DNA of 63,719 nucleotides, filler included, from Octopus bimaculoides (GCF_001194135.2; 6 parts of 6 records of this genome joined end to end with filler, not necessarily neighbours in it), one strand, 5' to 3'; counted from the whole stretch's first letter, positions 51,677-63,719 are shown. Notes: generated by a model not told the origin, from the letters alone. A program made the numbers and translations.

Positions 51677-51986
51677 TATTGTAAGGAGAGAGCTGCCAGT
51701 GTCTATACTATTAAGTTCATTATATTATTTACTTCATCCTACATGTACTTTATGTTACAGTATTATTGTATCTGTGAACCTGTTATCTTTTGAAAACACT
51801 AACAATTTTGAAATAGAAGAAACGAATGCTGTTTACTGATTAGTCGACTAATTAGTTCGTTTATGAATTCATTAACAGACTTCTATTATAATTTATGCAG
51901 AGTATTCTATTAGATAATCACATCTTGATCGTTGTTAAAGTAACAGCCCTGCCCAAAGCGATACGAAATAATATATAGCCAAACAC

Positions 51987-52022
<36 letters not shown>

Positions 52023-53345
52023 GTGTTTGTGTGTGATGAGCTTCAACATAGTTTTTGTTGGCAAAATTTATTCTGAAGGCATTGGTCGTGTGGGGTTAAG
52101 CTGCACAACTTGACTGAATCCGAAAGCCGGGATCTACGTGATGGTGAAGCTAGTTTCTTATTCACACATCTATACCTCTTCCATTTTTTCGCTTTCATTT
52201 CTCTCGCTGTCTTGACACCCTAAAGCTTCTGCCATTTCATCAGCCTGTCGTTGATTCATGATGTCCGCTATTCTAACAACGGTATTGAACATAAACATAT
52301 AAACATATATGTATATATTTATATACACATATATGAATATGAAGAATATGAAGATGGCGAAAACAACAACAATGGCGGAAACAGCAACGGCCATTTCTGA
52401 TATAAATATTTTGTCCGATATGACGTATTTTCATTACATTCAACGTTCCAGACTTTCCACGTATGTATGTTTGTGTGTGTGTCTTTGCATGTCTGTATCT
52501 GTGTGTCTGTAGTTGGTATTCATTTTGTAGGTTATCTGTTGAATATAACAATTTGGGGAGAGCACAGCTTCTTGCGTGATATATTTAACACAAAATATTT
52601 AAACAGGTACGTGTTAATTTTACATTTCTTTCATCAAATATAAAGCCAACCCGTTAAACCTAGTTCAAAAAGCATACACATTTCCATCATACTTCGACAT
52701 CATGTTAAGGCGGCGAGCTCGTAGAAATCATGATCAAATCGTAATCTAATACTTCAGGAAATAATGGTGCTAGCCTGGTTGGTGATAACTGAAACTAATT
52801 CGGTTTATAAACGTTATATCAAAACAAATCTAAGGTTAAACAGTAACATAATTCCCTTCCATTACGCCTTCGTTATGGAGCCGGCGAACTGGCAGAATAG
52901 TTAGTAACGCCAGACACAGTGCTTAATAGCGTTTCTAATGTTCTGAGTTCGAATTCTGCGAGGGTGACTCTGCATTTTATCTTTTCAGAGTCGATAAAAT
53001 AAGCACCTGTGTAGCTTTATTGGCTTTAATTTAAAATTAGAAAGAATTATACTGTTATTATTTGGAGTGGGGCAGTACTAGTAGCAGTAATTGTAGTAGC
53101 TGTAGATGTAGTAGTATTATCGTGCTGGTGGTGGTTGTGATGCTTCTGGTGGTTATGTTGGTGGTAGTAATGGTGGTGGTGTTGGTGGTGGTGCTGGTGG
53201 GTGAAGGAGTAGTAGTAGTAGCGGTGTGGTGTCGATGGTGGTGGATATGGTGAAATCAATAGTATTACTGTTCTATATTTAAGAGATGAGGAATTATTTA
53301 CGCTATTTATATTTGACGGATATTTGTACTCATCTTGTTTGTTGT

Positions 53346-53392
53346 AAAAACAACGTTTCGGCTGATATACCCTCCAGCCTTCATCAGGTGTC
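53346..53392 (-). ncRNA. Minimal type-I hammerhead ribozyme-like motif (intact core)
   Basis: Minus strand GACAC-CTGATGA-A-GGCTG gagggtatat CAGCC-GAAA-CG-TT-GTTTT. Helix II is a perfect 5 bp, helix III is a loop-less ACGT palindrome, and the triplet is GUU. Confidence 0.65.
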
Positions 53393-53410
53393 CTGTGTAT
53401 TTTTCGATTT

Positions 53411-53444
<34 letters not shown>

Positions 53445-53491
53445 TCGAAAAGTACCTTAAGAATGAGAAACCAGGTTTGAAATTTCCTCAA

Positions 53492-53538
53492 GACACCTGA
53501 TGAAGGCTTGAGTGTATATCAGCAAAACCTTTTGTGTA
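53492..53538 (+). ncRNA. Degenerate copy of the same hammerhead-like motif
   Basis: GACAC-CTGATGA-A-GGCT tgagtgtatatc AGC-AAAA-CCTTTT-GTGTA. It is homologous to 53346-53392, but GAAA is mutated to AAAA. Confidence 0.5.
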
Positions 53539-53597
53539 AACAACAAACAAGATGAGGACAAATATACGTCAAATGTAAATAACGTAAATAATGTCAA

Positions 53598-53651
<54 letters not shown>

Positions 53652-54094
53652 TAGTAGTAGTGGTAGTAGTAGTAGTAGGACTAGTAGGACTAGTCGCTGT
53701 GGTGGCTCTGCGGTTAACGATGTTGGCGTTAGCGGTAACGACGTTAGACATATGATGACATCGTTGTCTGTGCTTGGAGTGATTTGCGCGCTTGAGTATT
53801 TAATGGCGATGGCATTCGTGGTCGGAAATGGTTGCAGTTGATGATGATATTCGGCCGGTTGCATTGGTGACGACATTGATTGACAAGGTGCAGACATTAT
53901 TAACTGCGTTGGTGTTAACAACAATATTGACGCATAACATGTTAGCCGAGTTATTTACTTCTCCTTCCGCCTCTGTACAAATCCACTTCAACAAGCAAAG
54001 GTTGTTATTGTTTCCGGAATATTTGGGTAAGACAACAAATGTACTGTTCGCAGACTTTAATCTTGTATCATCCTACTTACCGCTGCCATTTTAG

Positions 54095-54342
54095 AAGTAG
54101 TCGTCGCTGTCATCATCATCATCGTCATCATCATCGTCATCGTCATCATCATCGTCTCAACAATGCTGCTCATCAATGCGACCATTTTGACAGGGGGGGT
54201 TAATGTTCATGTTGCTTGCCCCTGTAACTACTGTTCATGATGGTGATGATGATGATGATGATGATGATGAGGGCGACAACGCAGATGAAGATGAAATGAT
54301 AATGATGATGGTGATGATAATGATGATGATGATTGTGATGAT

Positions 54343-54373
<31 letters not shown>

Positions 54374-55010
54374 AGATGATGATGAAGATGATGGTGATAA
54401 TGATGAAGATGACGACAACGACGATGATGGTGACGACGACGATGATGATGACTACGATGACGACGGTGATGATTATGGCGATGTTGATGCTGAAAACGAT
54501 GATGACATCGACGACGAAGACGAAGACGATGATGATTATGATGACGATGATGGTGATGACGATGATGAGGGCGACGACGAGAAGCGGATGATAATCCCCG
54601 CTGTCATCAGCTAGAACAGCAATCTAAGTCAAGATAAGCCGTATCCTCCTCGCGGTCACTAATAATGCGACTGTCAACTTCATAATCGTCATCGTCATGG
54701 GCAGTTTCAGCATCAGCATCGTTATAATCATGGCCGTCGTCATCAACAACATCGTCTTCGTTATCACTACAATCATCACCGTCGTCAACGTCATCTTTAT
54801 CAATCCCGTTCTCAGCATAAATGCCACCAGCATCACCAACATCGTCGTCTCTACGACAGTAATCATCATCATTATCATCAGATCAGCATCAGCATCATCA
54901 TCATCATCATCAGTATTCCCATTTTCATGATAACCATGGCCACCACCTATATCGTAATCTTTACGACAGTCATCATCAACCAACCAACTAACCAACCGAC
55001 CAACAACCCA
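54095..55010. repeat. Alternating CAT-rich / GAT-rich / CAT-rich trinucleotide fields
   Basis: Directly visible. Confidence 0.9.
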
Positions 55011-55783
55011 ACAAACCAAAACCTTTATTCTTTAATGAACATCTTCCCTACCGTCTCATACAAAATACGCCGCTGCCATCGTCTCCGCCATCGCTGCGAT
55101 ATTGATTGCTGCATTATGTCTAAACATCGTTCGACCTCCATCACAAACTCCGACAGTTTGTCAACCATTACTGCATCGTTTTGGATTACAGATCACATGT
55201 ACTTTGTACTAGTCTCCTACTCTCCCAGATAAACTTATCCTTCTACGTACCGATTGAACTGAGTTCATTATAAACGTTTTGTTGTGTTGGTGCGTTTGTT
55301 TGTTATAGTTTCCTATAAATAGGATTATGTCGAAGACACTCAACACAACGTTAAGATGGAGCAAAAATAAGAAAAGAGAGAAAGAAGAAACTTGCATAAG
55401 CTACCACTAGAAATATGATGTCGAGGAGGAAAATGGTTAAAACACATCTATTGAAATATATCAAGAGGCAATGCTGTAGTCTTATAAATTATGCCACTTC
55501 GACTGGTACAAGCTTTTCTGTATATACATGCGTCCATTTTAGGTTTTCTACTACTGTACACCAAGTTTCAGTTTTGTAGCTTTTGTTTTGCTTTTTTTTT
55601 GCGGGGGTCTTGTTAATTGTGTTTTTATTATTGTTTTTTTTTTTTAATTTAAACTATTCACATCGATTAATCATTACTGAATAGATAGATCTACGATCAC
55701 AGGTGTTCTAACAGTGACTTTACTATCTTTGTACTACAAGGCGAAAGATATCCTTTCATTTTTATTTAACACATTAGATTGTG

Positions 55784-55862
<79 letters not shown>

Positions 55863-56478
55863 AAAGAAATCATTACTATTTCAAACTTTCTGAGTTTTTC
55901 TCCTGTGTATGTTTTATAACCACGTTCTGACACACACATGCTATTTTTTTTCTTGTTATCTGATGCAATATCTGTGGCACATAACGAATTTTTATTTAGC
56001 CGGGTTGCTAATCGCAACATCAGTGGTTTTCTGTATCACTAGCAACGAAGCTTTTCCTAGCATGCGGCTGGCAGTGGATAAATGGTGCTGACAAAGTCCA
56101 ACCAGAAAGAGATGTACACCTAACATTCTCACCGTGGCTGCAAGACCGTTTTCGTGCGTACTGATATAGTTTAGGGCAAATCTATGATTCAGTGACAGGT
56201 AATCTGTTATAACACAAAAAGACAAGACAATTTCCAGAAAAAATATAATTCATTTTGAATACTTTGTCGACTCTTAGCAACAAATCGTTATCCTTCGAAG
56301 AAAATCTTTATCACTTCTTAGCACCAGACACCATTAAACTTATATTCCCTAATCTTCGTGAGTCACAATTGTACATCGCTTATTTAATATGTTTTCCGGT
56401 AAAATATTGAACCATCGTAATATACATTATTTACATTATTTACATTTGATAGATATTAGTCCTCATCTTGTTTGTAGT

Positions 56479-56525
56479 TAACACAACGCTTCGGCTGATA
56501 TACCATCCAGAATTCATCAGGTGTC
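56479..56525 (-). ncRNA. Third, degenerate copy of the 53 kb hammerhead-like motif
   Basis: Minus strand GACAC-CTGATGA-A-TTCTG gatggtatat CAGCC-GAAG-CG-TT-GTGTT. Helix I (GACAC/GTGTT) is intact; helix II and A15.1 are mutated. Confidence 0.5.
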
Positions 56526-56577
56526 TTGGGGAAATTTCAAACCCCTGAGTTCTTATTCCTAACGTATTTTTCGATTT

Positions 56578-56585
56578 TATTATTA

Positions 56586-56653
<68 letters not shown>

Positions 56654-56945
56654 GTTCAGTAGTTTTATTTTTATAACGTGCTTTCACTTCACTACCGAAC
56701 GCAGCTCTGTGCGCCTTGGGTATGTGCTGTGGTTTGCTGTGGTGCTCTTATGTTTACTGTATTGAAAGTGTTTTGCGTAGAATGTGTGCAGTACCCAGTA
56801 GTGCAGTTTTCTGTATGTTATATATATTTGTAAGTCCTGGTGTTTTTGTTATGTATTTGTCTGAATATTTTTTTATTATACCTAAGGCATCTACTATGAT
56901 AGGTCCCAGCTCTGTCGTGTCTGTGAATATATTCCTTCTTAGCCA
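56578..56945 (-). mobile_element. 3' end of an R4/Dong-like LINE with (AAT)n tail
   Basis: PIIVDALGIIKKYSDKYITKTPGLTNIYNIQKTALLGTAHILRKTLSIQ*, then a short UTR and a long (AAT)n tract. Confidence 0.75.
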
Positions 56946-57070
56946 GGACTGGGCAGCCAGAGATAATATGNNNNNNNNNNNNNNNNNNNNNNNNNNNNNN
57001 NNNNNNNNNNNNNNTTAATTAATTAANNNNNNNNNNNNNNNNNNNNNNNNNNNNNNNNNNNNNNNNNNNN

Positions 57071-57500
57071 GTCTAATCTATTATTGATTAGATTAGGATT
57101 ATTTCTAAGTTTAAAAATTTCATATATTTCCATAGAACACAATTCACATCCATATCTATTATTTCTATAAGGTTGAGCTTTTCTTATAATTTCCCATTTA
57201 AGGCTAAAATTAATACCATTATCTTTTAACTCCCAAATTTTACTTGCCAATGTCGTACTATTTGCCTTATGTCTAAGTCTAAACGAAGACCTATGGTTAT
57301 ATATTCTCTGTTTCAGGTTAATACTACATCCTATATAAATATAATTCTCGGTTATAGTACTAATGATGCATCTGTACACTACGTTACGGGTGCAACAAAC
57401 TCCAAATAAAGGACAATGGGACTTTTTTCTACAGTTGCACATGATGGGGTTATTTCTAATATCTCTATTATTATTATTACTACAATTATTTATACTAATA
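57071..57500 (-). mobile_element. Penelope-like element GIY-YIG endonuclease with Cys-rich linker (Neptune-like), frame open
   Basis: CNCRKKSHCPLFGVCCTRNVVYRC...YIGCSINLKQRIYNHRSSF...TLASKIWELK...KWEII...AQPY...CELCSMEIYEI. There are no stops up to the gap. Confidence 0.85.
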
Positions 57501-57555
57501 TCATTTATCAATTCTTCAGTTCTATTATTAGGTATATATTGATTATTACCATCAT

Positions 57556-57587
<32 letters not shown>

Positions 57588-57686
57588 GATAGATAGATAA
57601 ATATGTATGCCCGTATATATGTGTATAGATGTATGCGTATAGATGTATATGTATAGATTTATATATATAGATTTATATATATAGAT

Positions 57687-57776
<90 letters not shown>

Positions 57777-59034
57777 TACATATGTGGGAAATTGGTGTGT
57801 GTTTGTTTGTGGCTTTGTTAGCTAACTCCTCCTATATCGTTTTATTGATTTTAATGAAACTTAACACGTGAGTAGAACTCATGTCAGAAAACCTTGTGAC
57901 ATACTTAGATTGTTGAAAAGATTGATAATACAGCCTTTGGAAAGGACCTTTATATCTCTCGTATATAACTAATTTTTGTTTTTAAACACCCAAGGGAAGT
58001 AAGTCATACCACCTACAGAATATTTTTTTAAACACTCAAGGGAAATAACCCATTTCATTGTTTATTTTTGATTACTTTGAACCAACGATCGGCCAACCTA
58101 ATTCGCATTTCACTACTCACAGTTTTGAACTGCTAAACATCATTATTGCACTTCCTTAATTTGAATCTCTTCATTCATACATTTCTATACATACAAACTT
58201 TTTTGAATGCCCATTACTCCAATAATTCTGCATTTTTAGGGTTACACTTTCTCCATGACAGTAGATAAATTTTTTTCCACAACGTATCTGTAGCAGCTTC
58301 ATACAGACATAACGTGGATTCGATCCTCGATTGCCAAATTTCACTTAACACTTCAACAGTGCTTTTCTCATGGTAAAACAATAGTTTTTCTATGAATAAC
58401 AGCAGTTATACCAGATGCCTCCACTAAGCAGAATAATGTCTTTGCCACTTGACCCTTCTAATCTCTTCTAGGCCACCAGGGGCTGAAATGGAGATAACAG
58501 ATCTCCAACGAAATCTTTTGTTCTCAACAATATGTGTATCCTTCTTGCTGCTTTTCAATAGTTATAAAAACAAGAACTCCGTAAGCTAAAGGCAGTTACT
58601 GAGAGCGACCATCAGTGAGCGTGAACGTTATTATCGCACTTTCTTCTGACACTTTAGTCATATATTTCTATACACATATACTACATTCATAAATTAGCCT
58701 TCATAAAGTTCACCTTTAAAATGCCACGACGAGTCAGAGTACGACTGGGTGCTTCTACTTCACAAGCTGTGCTAATGTGACTACAGCGATCTCAAGTAAG
58801 TCTCTAATTCGTTATGTTTCATATTTACAAATTAAAACAATTATTTTTCGTCTATTCTAATTCAGTATCTAAACAGTTATATACATATTGCTGTAATTAA
58901 TTTGCACATTGTGTTAATAGACATTTTTTCAACATCTCCAAATAACTAAATGCTGCCAATGCATGCAGGATTTTCAATTAAATTTCATTACACTATAAAT
59001 GCCCATAACTCTGACGTCAAACATACAAATCAAT

Positions 59035-59523
59035 TGATGTTGTTCATTACCCTGTTGAATTCCTCAATAGCCTTGCACCTTCAGGTCTACCTACCACCAC
59101 ATGAATTGCATCTAAAGGTTGGAGCCCCAATTATGCTTTTAAGAAACCTCGATCCTCCAAAGTTATGCAATGGCACAAGACTTATCAAAAAAATTGATGC
59201 AGACAATGTTGGAGGCAACAATACTGACAGGGAAAGCAAGTGGTGAAGATGTTTCCATTCTAAAGATTCCTTTGATTCCTTCCAATACACAAATTGATTT
59301 CAAAAGGCTACAATTCCCACTGAGATTAAACTTTGCAATGAGCATCAACAAAGCACAGGGTCCGACATTGGAAGTGGTAGGCTTTAATCTTGCAGGACCT
59401 GCTTTTTCTCACGGACAGCTCTATGTTGGACGCTCTAGAGTAGGAAATCTGGAAACTTTATTCATCTATGCACCCAACGGCAAAACCAAAAACATTGTGT
59501 ATCACGAAGCCCTGCAAGACTGA
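59035..59523 (+). mobile_element. Helitron PIF1-type helicase C-terminal remnant
   Basis: [15 protein letters not shown] [fs] [29 protein letters not shown] [fs] ...FKRLQFPLRLNFAMSINKAQG...FSHGQLYVGRSRV...TKNIVYHEAL. Confidence 0.9.
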
Positions 59524-60257
59524 AGTTTTGGAACGATGATGCCTCTCCCTCAGACAACCTCTCTTGCCAACCTCCGACAACCTCTCACCCCAACCCCTGA
59601 AAACCTCTCTCGAGAACCTCTCTAGACAACTTCCGATGACCTCTCTTGCCAGCCTCCAACAATCTCTCCCTCCTCTAGCTGACAGTTTTTGTATCTTTCT
59701 GAGACGGAAAATACACCTTTTGTNNNNNNNNNNNNNNNNNNNNNNNNNNNNNNNNNNNNNNNNNNNNTTAATTAATTAANNNNNNNNNNNNNNNNNNNNN
59801 NNNNNNNNNNNNNNNNNNNNNNNAGGGGGTGGGGGAGAACAATTTTCGGAAATTCCACTTAAATTCCTCTTAACTTCCAGGAAAATGAATATTTTTTCCT
59901 GAAATTTTCTACAAATATACCTTGATGTATGTACATTTCGAGCATGTAGGAATTTTGAAGGAAATAACTGCAGGTTATTTTTGAGAAGTGTTTCCCACTC
60001 GGTGTTATTTCGGAGCAAGTCATCCATATTTGTTTCATTTTTCTCTATTATGTGCATATGTGCATCCATATATTTCTAATGAAGTAATAGGCAGTGAAGA
60101 GAAGCCGTCATAAGAAAACTTTTAACTACCTCTATTCCTTTCTCCCCCTCTCTCTACCTCTTCCTCTCTCGCTCTCTGAAACACATACACGTGCAAGTAT
60201 ACAATCATTCAGTAAAATATGACTCGTCAATGTTTTGTAAATATACCACGATTTTCA

Positions 60258-60415
60258 CTAGGGTGTTAGGGTTAGGGTTTTAGAGTTTAGGGTTATGGTT
60301 TAGGGTTACGGTTACGGTTAGTGTCAGGATTAGTGTTACGGTTACGGTTTTAGGGTCAGGGTTAGGGTTTAGGGTTAGTGTTAGGATTAGGTTTAGGATT
60401 AGGATTAGGGTTGGG
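60258..60415 (+). repeat. Degenerate interstitial telomere-like (TTAGGG)n tract
   Basis: ttagggttaggg units are interspersed with ttacgg, ttagga, ttagtg and tcaggg variants. Confidence 0.85.
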
Positions 60416-61207
60416 TAATCGTGCAGGTGTTAATCTGAAAAATTACAGATATCTGAAAAGTACCGACCCTGCCATCTATTATAAATTTTGTTGTTCTGTT
60501 TAATATATACATAGATTANNNNNNNNNNNNNNNNNNNNNNNNNNNNNNNNNNNNNNNNNNNNNNNNNNNNNNNNNNNNNNNNNNNNNNNNNNNNNNNNNN
60601 NNNNNNNNNNNNNNNNNNNNNNNNNNNNNNNNNNNNNNNNNNNNNNNNNNNNNNNNNNNNNNNNNNNNNNNNNNNNNNNNNNNNNNNNNNNNNNNNNNNN
60701 NNNNNNNNNNNNNNNNNNNNNNNNNNNNNNNNNNNNNNNNNNNNNNNNNNNNNNNNNNNNNNNNNNNNNNNNNNNNNNNNNNNNNNNNNNNNNNNNNNNN
60801 NNNNNNNNNNNNNNNNNNNNNNNNNNNNNNNNNNNNNNNNNNNNNNNNNNNNNNNNNNNNNNNNNNNNNNNNNNNNNNNNNNNNNNNNNNNNNNNNNNNN
60901 NNNNNNNNNNNNNNNNNNNNNNNNNNNNNNNNNNNNNNNNNNNNNNNNNNNNNNNNNNNNNNNNNNNNNNNNNNNNNNNNNNNNNNNNNNNNNNNNNNNN
61001 NNNNNNNNNNNNNNNNNNNNNNNNNNNNNNNNNNNNNNNNNNNNNNNNNNNNNNNNNNNNNNNNNNNNNNNNNNNNNNNNNNNNNNNNNNNNNNNNNNNN
61101 NNNNNNNNNNNNNNNNNNNNNNNNNNNNNNNNNNNNNNNNNNNNNNNNNNNNNNNNNNNNNNNNNNNNNNNNNNNNNNNNNNNNNNNNNNNNNNNNNNNN
61201 NNNNNNN

Positions 61208-61290
<83 letters not shown>

Positions 61291-61355
61291 ACCTGGATAT
61301 TATGTAAATAGAGGAATTTATCTGTAAAAATATGTGACACTTATTCGGTAGCTAT

Positions 61356-61415
61356 GATAAAACTCCGAGTTTCAGATGCCGGGGTGGGAACCCACGACGC
61401 CATCTCTTCAGTTAA
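61356..61415 (-). ncRNA. Type-I hammerhead ribozyme-like motif
   Basis: Minus strand GTTAA-CTGAAGA-GATG gc gtc GTGGG tt CCCAC ccc gg CATC-T-GAAA-CTC g GAG-TT-TTATC. Helix II is GATG/CATC with an inner hairpin, helix III is the near-palindrome ACTC-G-GAGT, and helix I pairs 4 of 5. Confidence 0.6.
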
Positions 61416-62166
61416 CCCGGCCATTGAAAATTCCTGTGTCAGTTAAACAAAGGGAAATTACTGTGTGGTTGACCATTATTAAGACAAAAGAACTACAGAC
61501 CGCTAAGTAAGGGGAGGGAGTAAAGGTAAGTTTATAGTGTTAACGTAATCGCACTAATCCATACATTCGCCTATATGTATATACTCAACCACGCTCGCTT
61601 GAAACACACACATTCTCACCCACATACTTGCCAAAAACTATATATATATATATATATATATACATATATATACCCGCATACACACCCACACACATACACG
61701 CTCAACACCATTGCACCCATACACACGCACACAAAAAAAGTCACAGGGCTAAAAACAAAATACAGAAGAAAGTGTGAAAAAGCTATAAGGTTAAAATGCG
61801 TCTATATGCGCATATTTTCGCATTCATGCACATACATCTATATACGCACTACCTGCACACATTCACAAGCGTGCACATAAGGTCCCATGTACGCACAGGA
61901 AAAAAGCGGGGTGGAGTGGAGAATACAGAAAAAATATGTGTGGAAAATATATAAGAAACCTAAGTAAAAAGTATAGCGAGATAAAAAGCTTATACATAGA
62001 CACAATATGGAAAGCAAGTTCTATCAGTAAACTCAGGAGGACCAAAAACGTAGCAAATATTTAGCCACTTGTAGACATGATCTGAAAAGTTCAGTTCTTG
62101 AATATAGACATGTGGCGAGGTCTAAGCTGCCTTTCCATATATATATATCTCATATTTATATATGTG

Positions 62167-62482
62167 AAGATGCATGGTTCAGTGGTTAGAGCATCGAGCT
62201 TACGATCATGCGGTTGTGAGTTCGAATCCCAGACCGGGCTGTATGTTGTGTTCTTGAGCAAGACACTTTATTTCACCTTGTTCCAGTTCATTCGGCTGTA
62301 GAAATGGATTGCGACGTCAAAGGTGCCAAGCTGTATTGTCCTTTGCCTTTCCCTTGGATAACACTGGTGGCATGGAGAGGGGAGGCTGGTATGCACAGGT
62401 GACTGCTGGTCTTCTATAAACAATCATGCATGGAGTTGTGCCTGGGAATGTAACTTTCTAGGTGCAATACTTTGGTCAGTCA
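62167..62482 (+). mobile_element. tRNA-headed SINE (family C)
   Basis: The head has tggttcagtggttagagc (A-box-like) and gagttcgaatccc (B-box), followed by gttcttgagcaagacactttatttcac. Confidence 0.75.
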
Positions 62483-62695
62483 TGACCGAAGGCGGTCTCA
62501 GCATATATATANNNNNNNNNNNNNNNNNNNNNNNNNNNNNNNNNNNNNNNNNNNNTTAATTAATTAANNNNNNNNNNNNNNNNNNNNNNNNNNNNNNNNN
62601 NNNNNNNNNNNGTACGTGCACATATAGGTGTGTGTGTGTGTGTGTGTGTGTCTGTGTGTGTGTGTGTGTATTCACATATATATGTATTACATATA

Positions 62696-62877
62696 GGCGC
62701 AGGAGTGGCTGTGTGGCTTACCAACCACATGGTTCCGGGTTCAGTCCCATTGCGTGGCACCTTGGGCAAGGGCCGACCAAAGCCTTATGAGTGAATTTGG
62801 TAGACGGATACTGATAGAAGCCCGTCGTATATATATATATGCGCGCGTGTGTATGTGTTTGTGTGTGTGTGTAGCGT
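62696..62877 (+). mobile_element. SINE family B 5' half ending in the internal microsatellite
   Basis: ggcgcaggagtggctgtgtgg...ccacatggttccgggttcagtccc...gaagcccgtcgtatatatat. Confidence 0.85.
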
Positions 62878-63384
62878 ACAACTCACTTGAAATGAATCGA
62901 TTTCAACATCTCTTCGTCAATTGAAGATCACGTTGTATACGTGTGAAATTCGACACCGTGGTCATTGCTGGAATGTCTCTAGCCATAGCTGTGTTTACTT
63001 GGAATATTCTTACGGTTTACCAAAAATAATTCCCCTCCGTCCTTCAACAGTGTGGTTTTTCTTGTCCTTGCACCATCCCTATTTCAGGCAACGCTGCCCC
63101 CGGCGCCACTGCCAGTACCACCGTGACCACCATCACAGCAACAAACACAGAATGGCTGCCTCCGTCACCGTCACCGCTACCACCGTACCCTCCACCACAA
63201 CAATCCTCTCTTTTAAGGATTACCACTACCATTCCGACCACGACCTTCACCACTGCGGTTACACTATTACACGCTTCCGTCTCCATCGTCATCGGCGTCA
63301 TTTCTCCTNNNNNNNNNNGGGGGGAACCACAGTGGGCAACAGTATTCAAGGTGGGGTAGGGCAAAAATAGAGTAGAGAAGGATG

Positions 63385-63719
63385 ATGGTGTAGGCGTCTC
63401 TAGACTGGAACGTTCTCAGAATCCAGGATCACATCCTGCGGGCCAAGTCAGCCTTGCTGTTTACGTGGGAACTCCAGCTTAGGTTGTTATCAACAATTAC
63501 TCCAAGGTCTCTGGTGTTGTTGGATGACACTAGGGAGTCGCCCGAGTGAAGAGCATATGGTAATTTCAGAGTTTCCTCTTTTCCAAAGTGGATCAAATCA
63601 AACATATCTTCATTTAAAAGTATATTGTTTTTTTTCCATCCATTGGACCATTGGACAATAGCAAACAGATCTGACTGAAGGCATGTTCGGTCTCCGATGC
63701 CGTTTATGGCTTTCTGGAG
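63385..63719 (-). mobile_element. CR1/L2-group LINE RT remnant, truncated by the window end
   Basis: LQSDLFAIVQWS [frameshift] NNILLNEDMFDLIHFGK...TRDLGVIVDNNLSWSSHV...RM*SWILRTFQSRD. The WILRTF motif is shared with the 26.6-26.9 kb remnant. Confidence 0.8.

Noticed and set aside
54077-54095. aaaATGGCAGCG/gtaagt on minus as a first coding exon
   Set aside because: It is a good donor consensus, but it is embedded in trinucleotide low-complexity sequence with no other support.
59047-59070. HYPVEFL as the missing DNase I SDHYPVE exon
   Set aside because: It is on the wrong strand and side of the gene and continues as [16 protein letters not shown], a Helitron helicase motif.

Overview
This is repeat-dense eukaryotic (animal) genomic DNA with many N gaps. 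The SINE families and extreme microsatellite load look like an octopus or other coleoid cephalopod, but that is recalled similarity, not a database result. The only well-supported host gene is a DNase I-family gene on the minus strand. Five in-phase GT-AG exons (34146-34058, 32049-31969, 29536-29418, 25500-25236, 23526-23439) join into 214 stop-free codons carrying the QEIRD, KENY, LHVDP, GDFNAGC and CSYDR motifs. Its signal-peptide/N-terminal exon and its last (SDHYP) exon were not found and may lie in gaps. The rest is mobile DNA: tRNA-headed SINEs of at least four families, R4/Dong-like restriction-endonuclease LINEs beside (TAA)n tracts, CR1/L2 and Tx1/L1 remnants, three unrelated Penelope-like GIY-YIG endonucleases, mariner and Helitron remnants, several foldback MITEs and an interstitial TTAGGG tract. 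The most notable unannotated signal is a dispersed set of type-I hammerhead-ribozyme-like motifs: seven loci of about five unrelated sequence families plus one partial. Each has CUGANGA, helix II and a GAAA-type core (mutated in two copies), and most have a palindromic, almost loop-less helix III. This matches the minimal, dimer-acting hammerheads known from Penelope-like elements and retrozymes. Folding was done by eye and activity is untested. No CRISPR, rRNA or genuine tRNA genes were seen. Most ORFs in the supplied track are microsatellite or gap artefacts.
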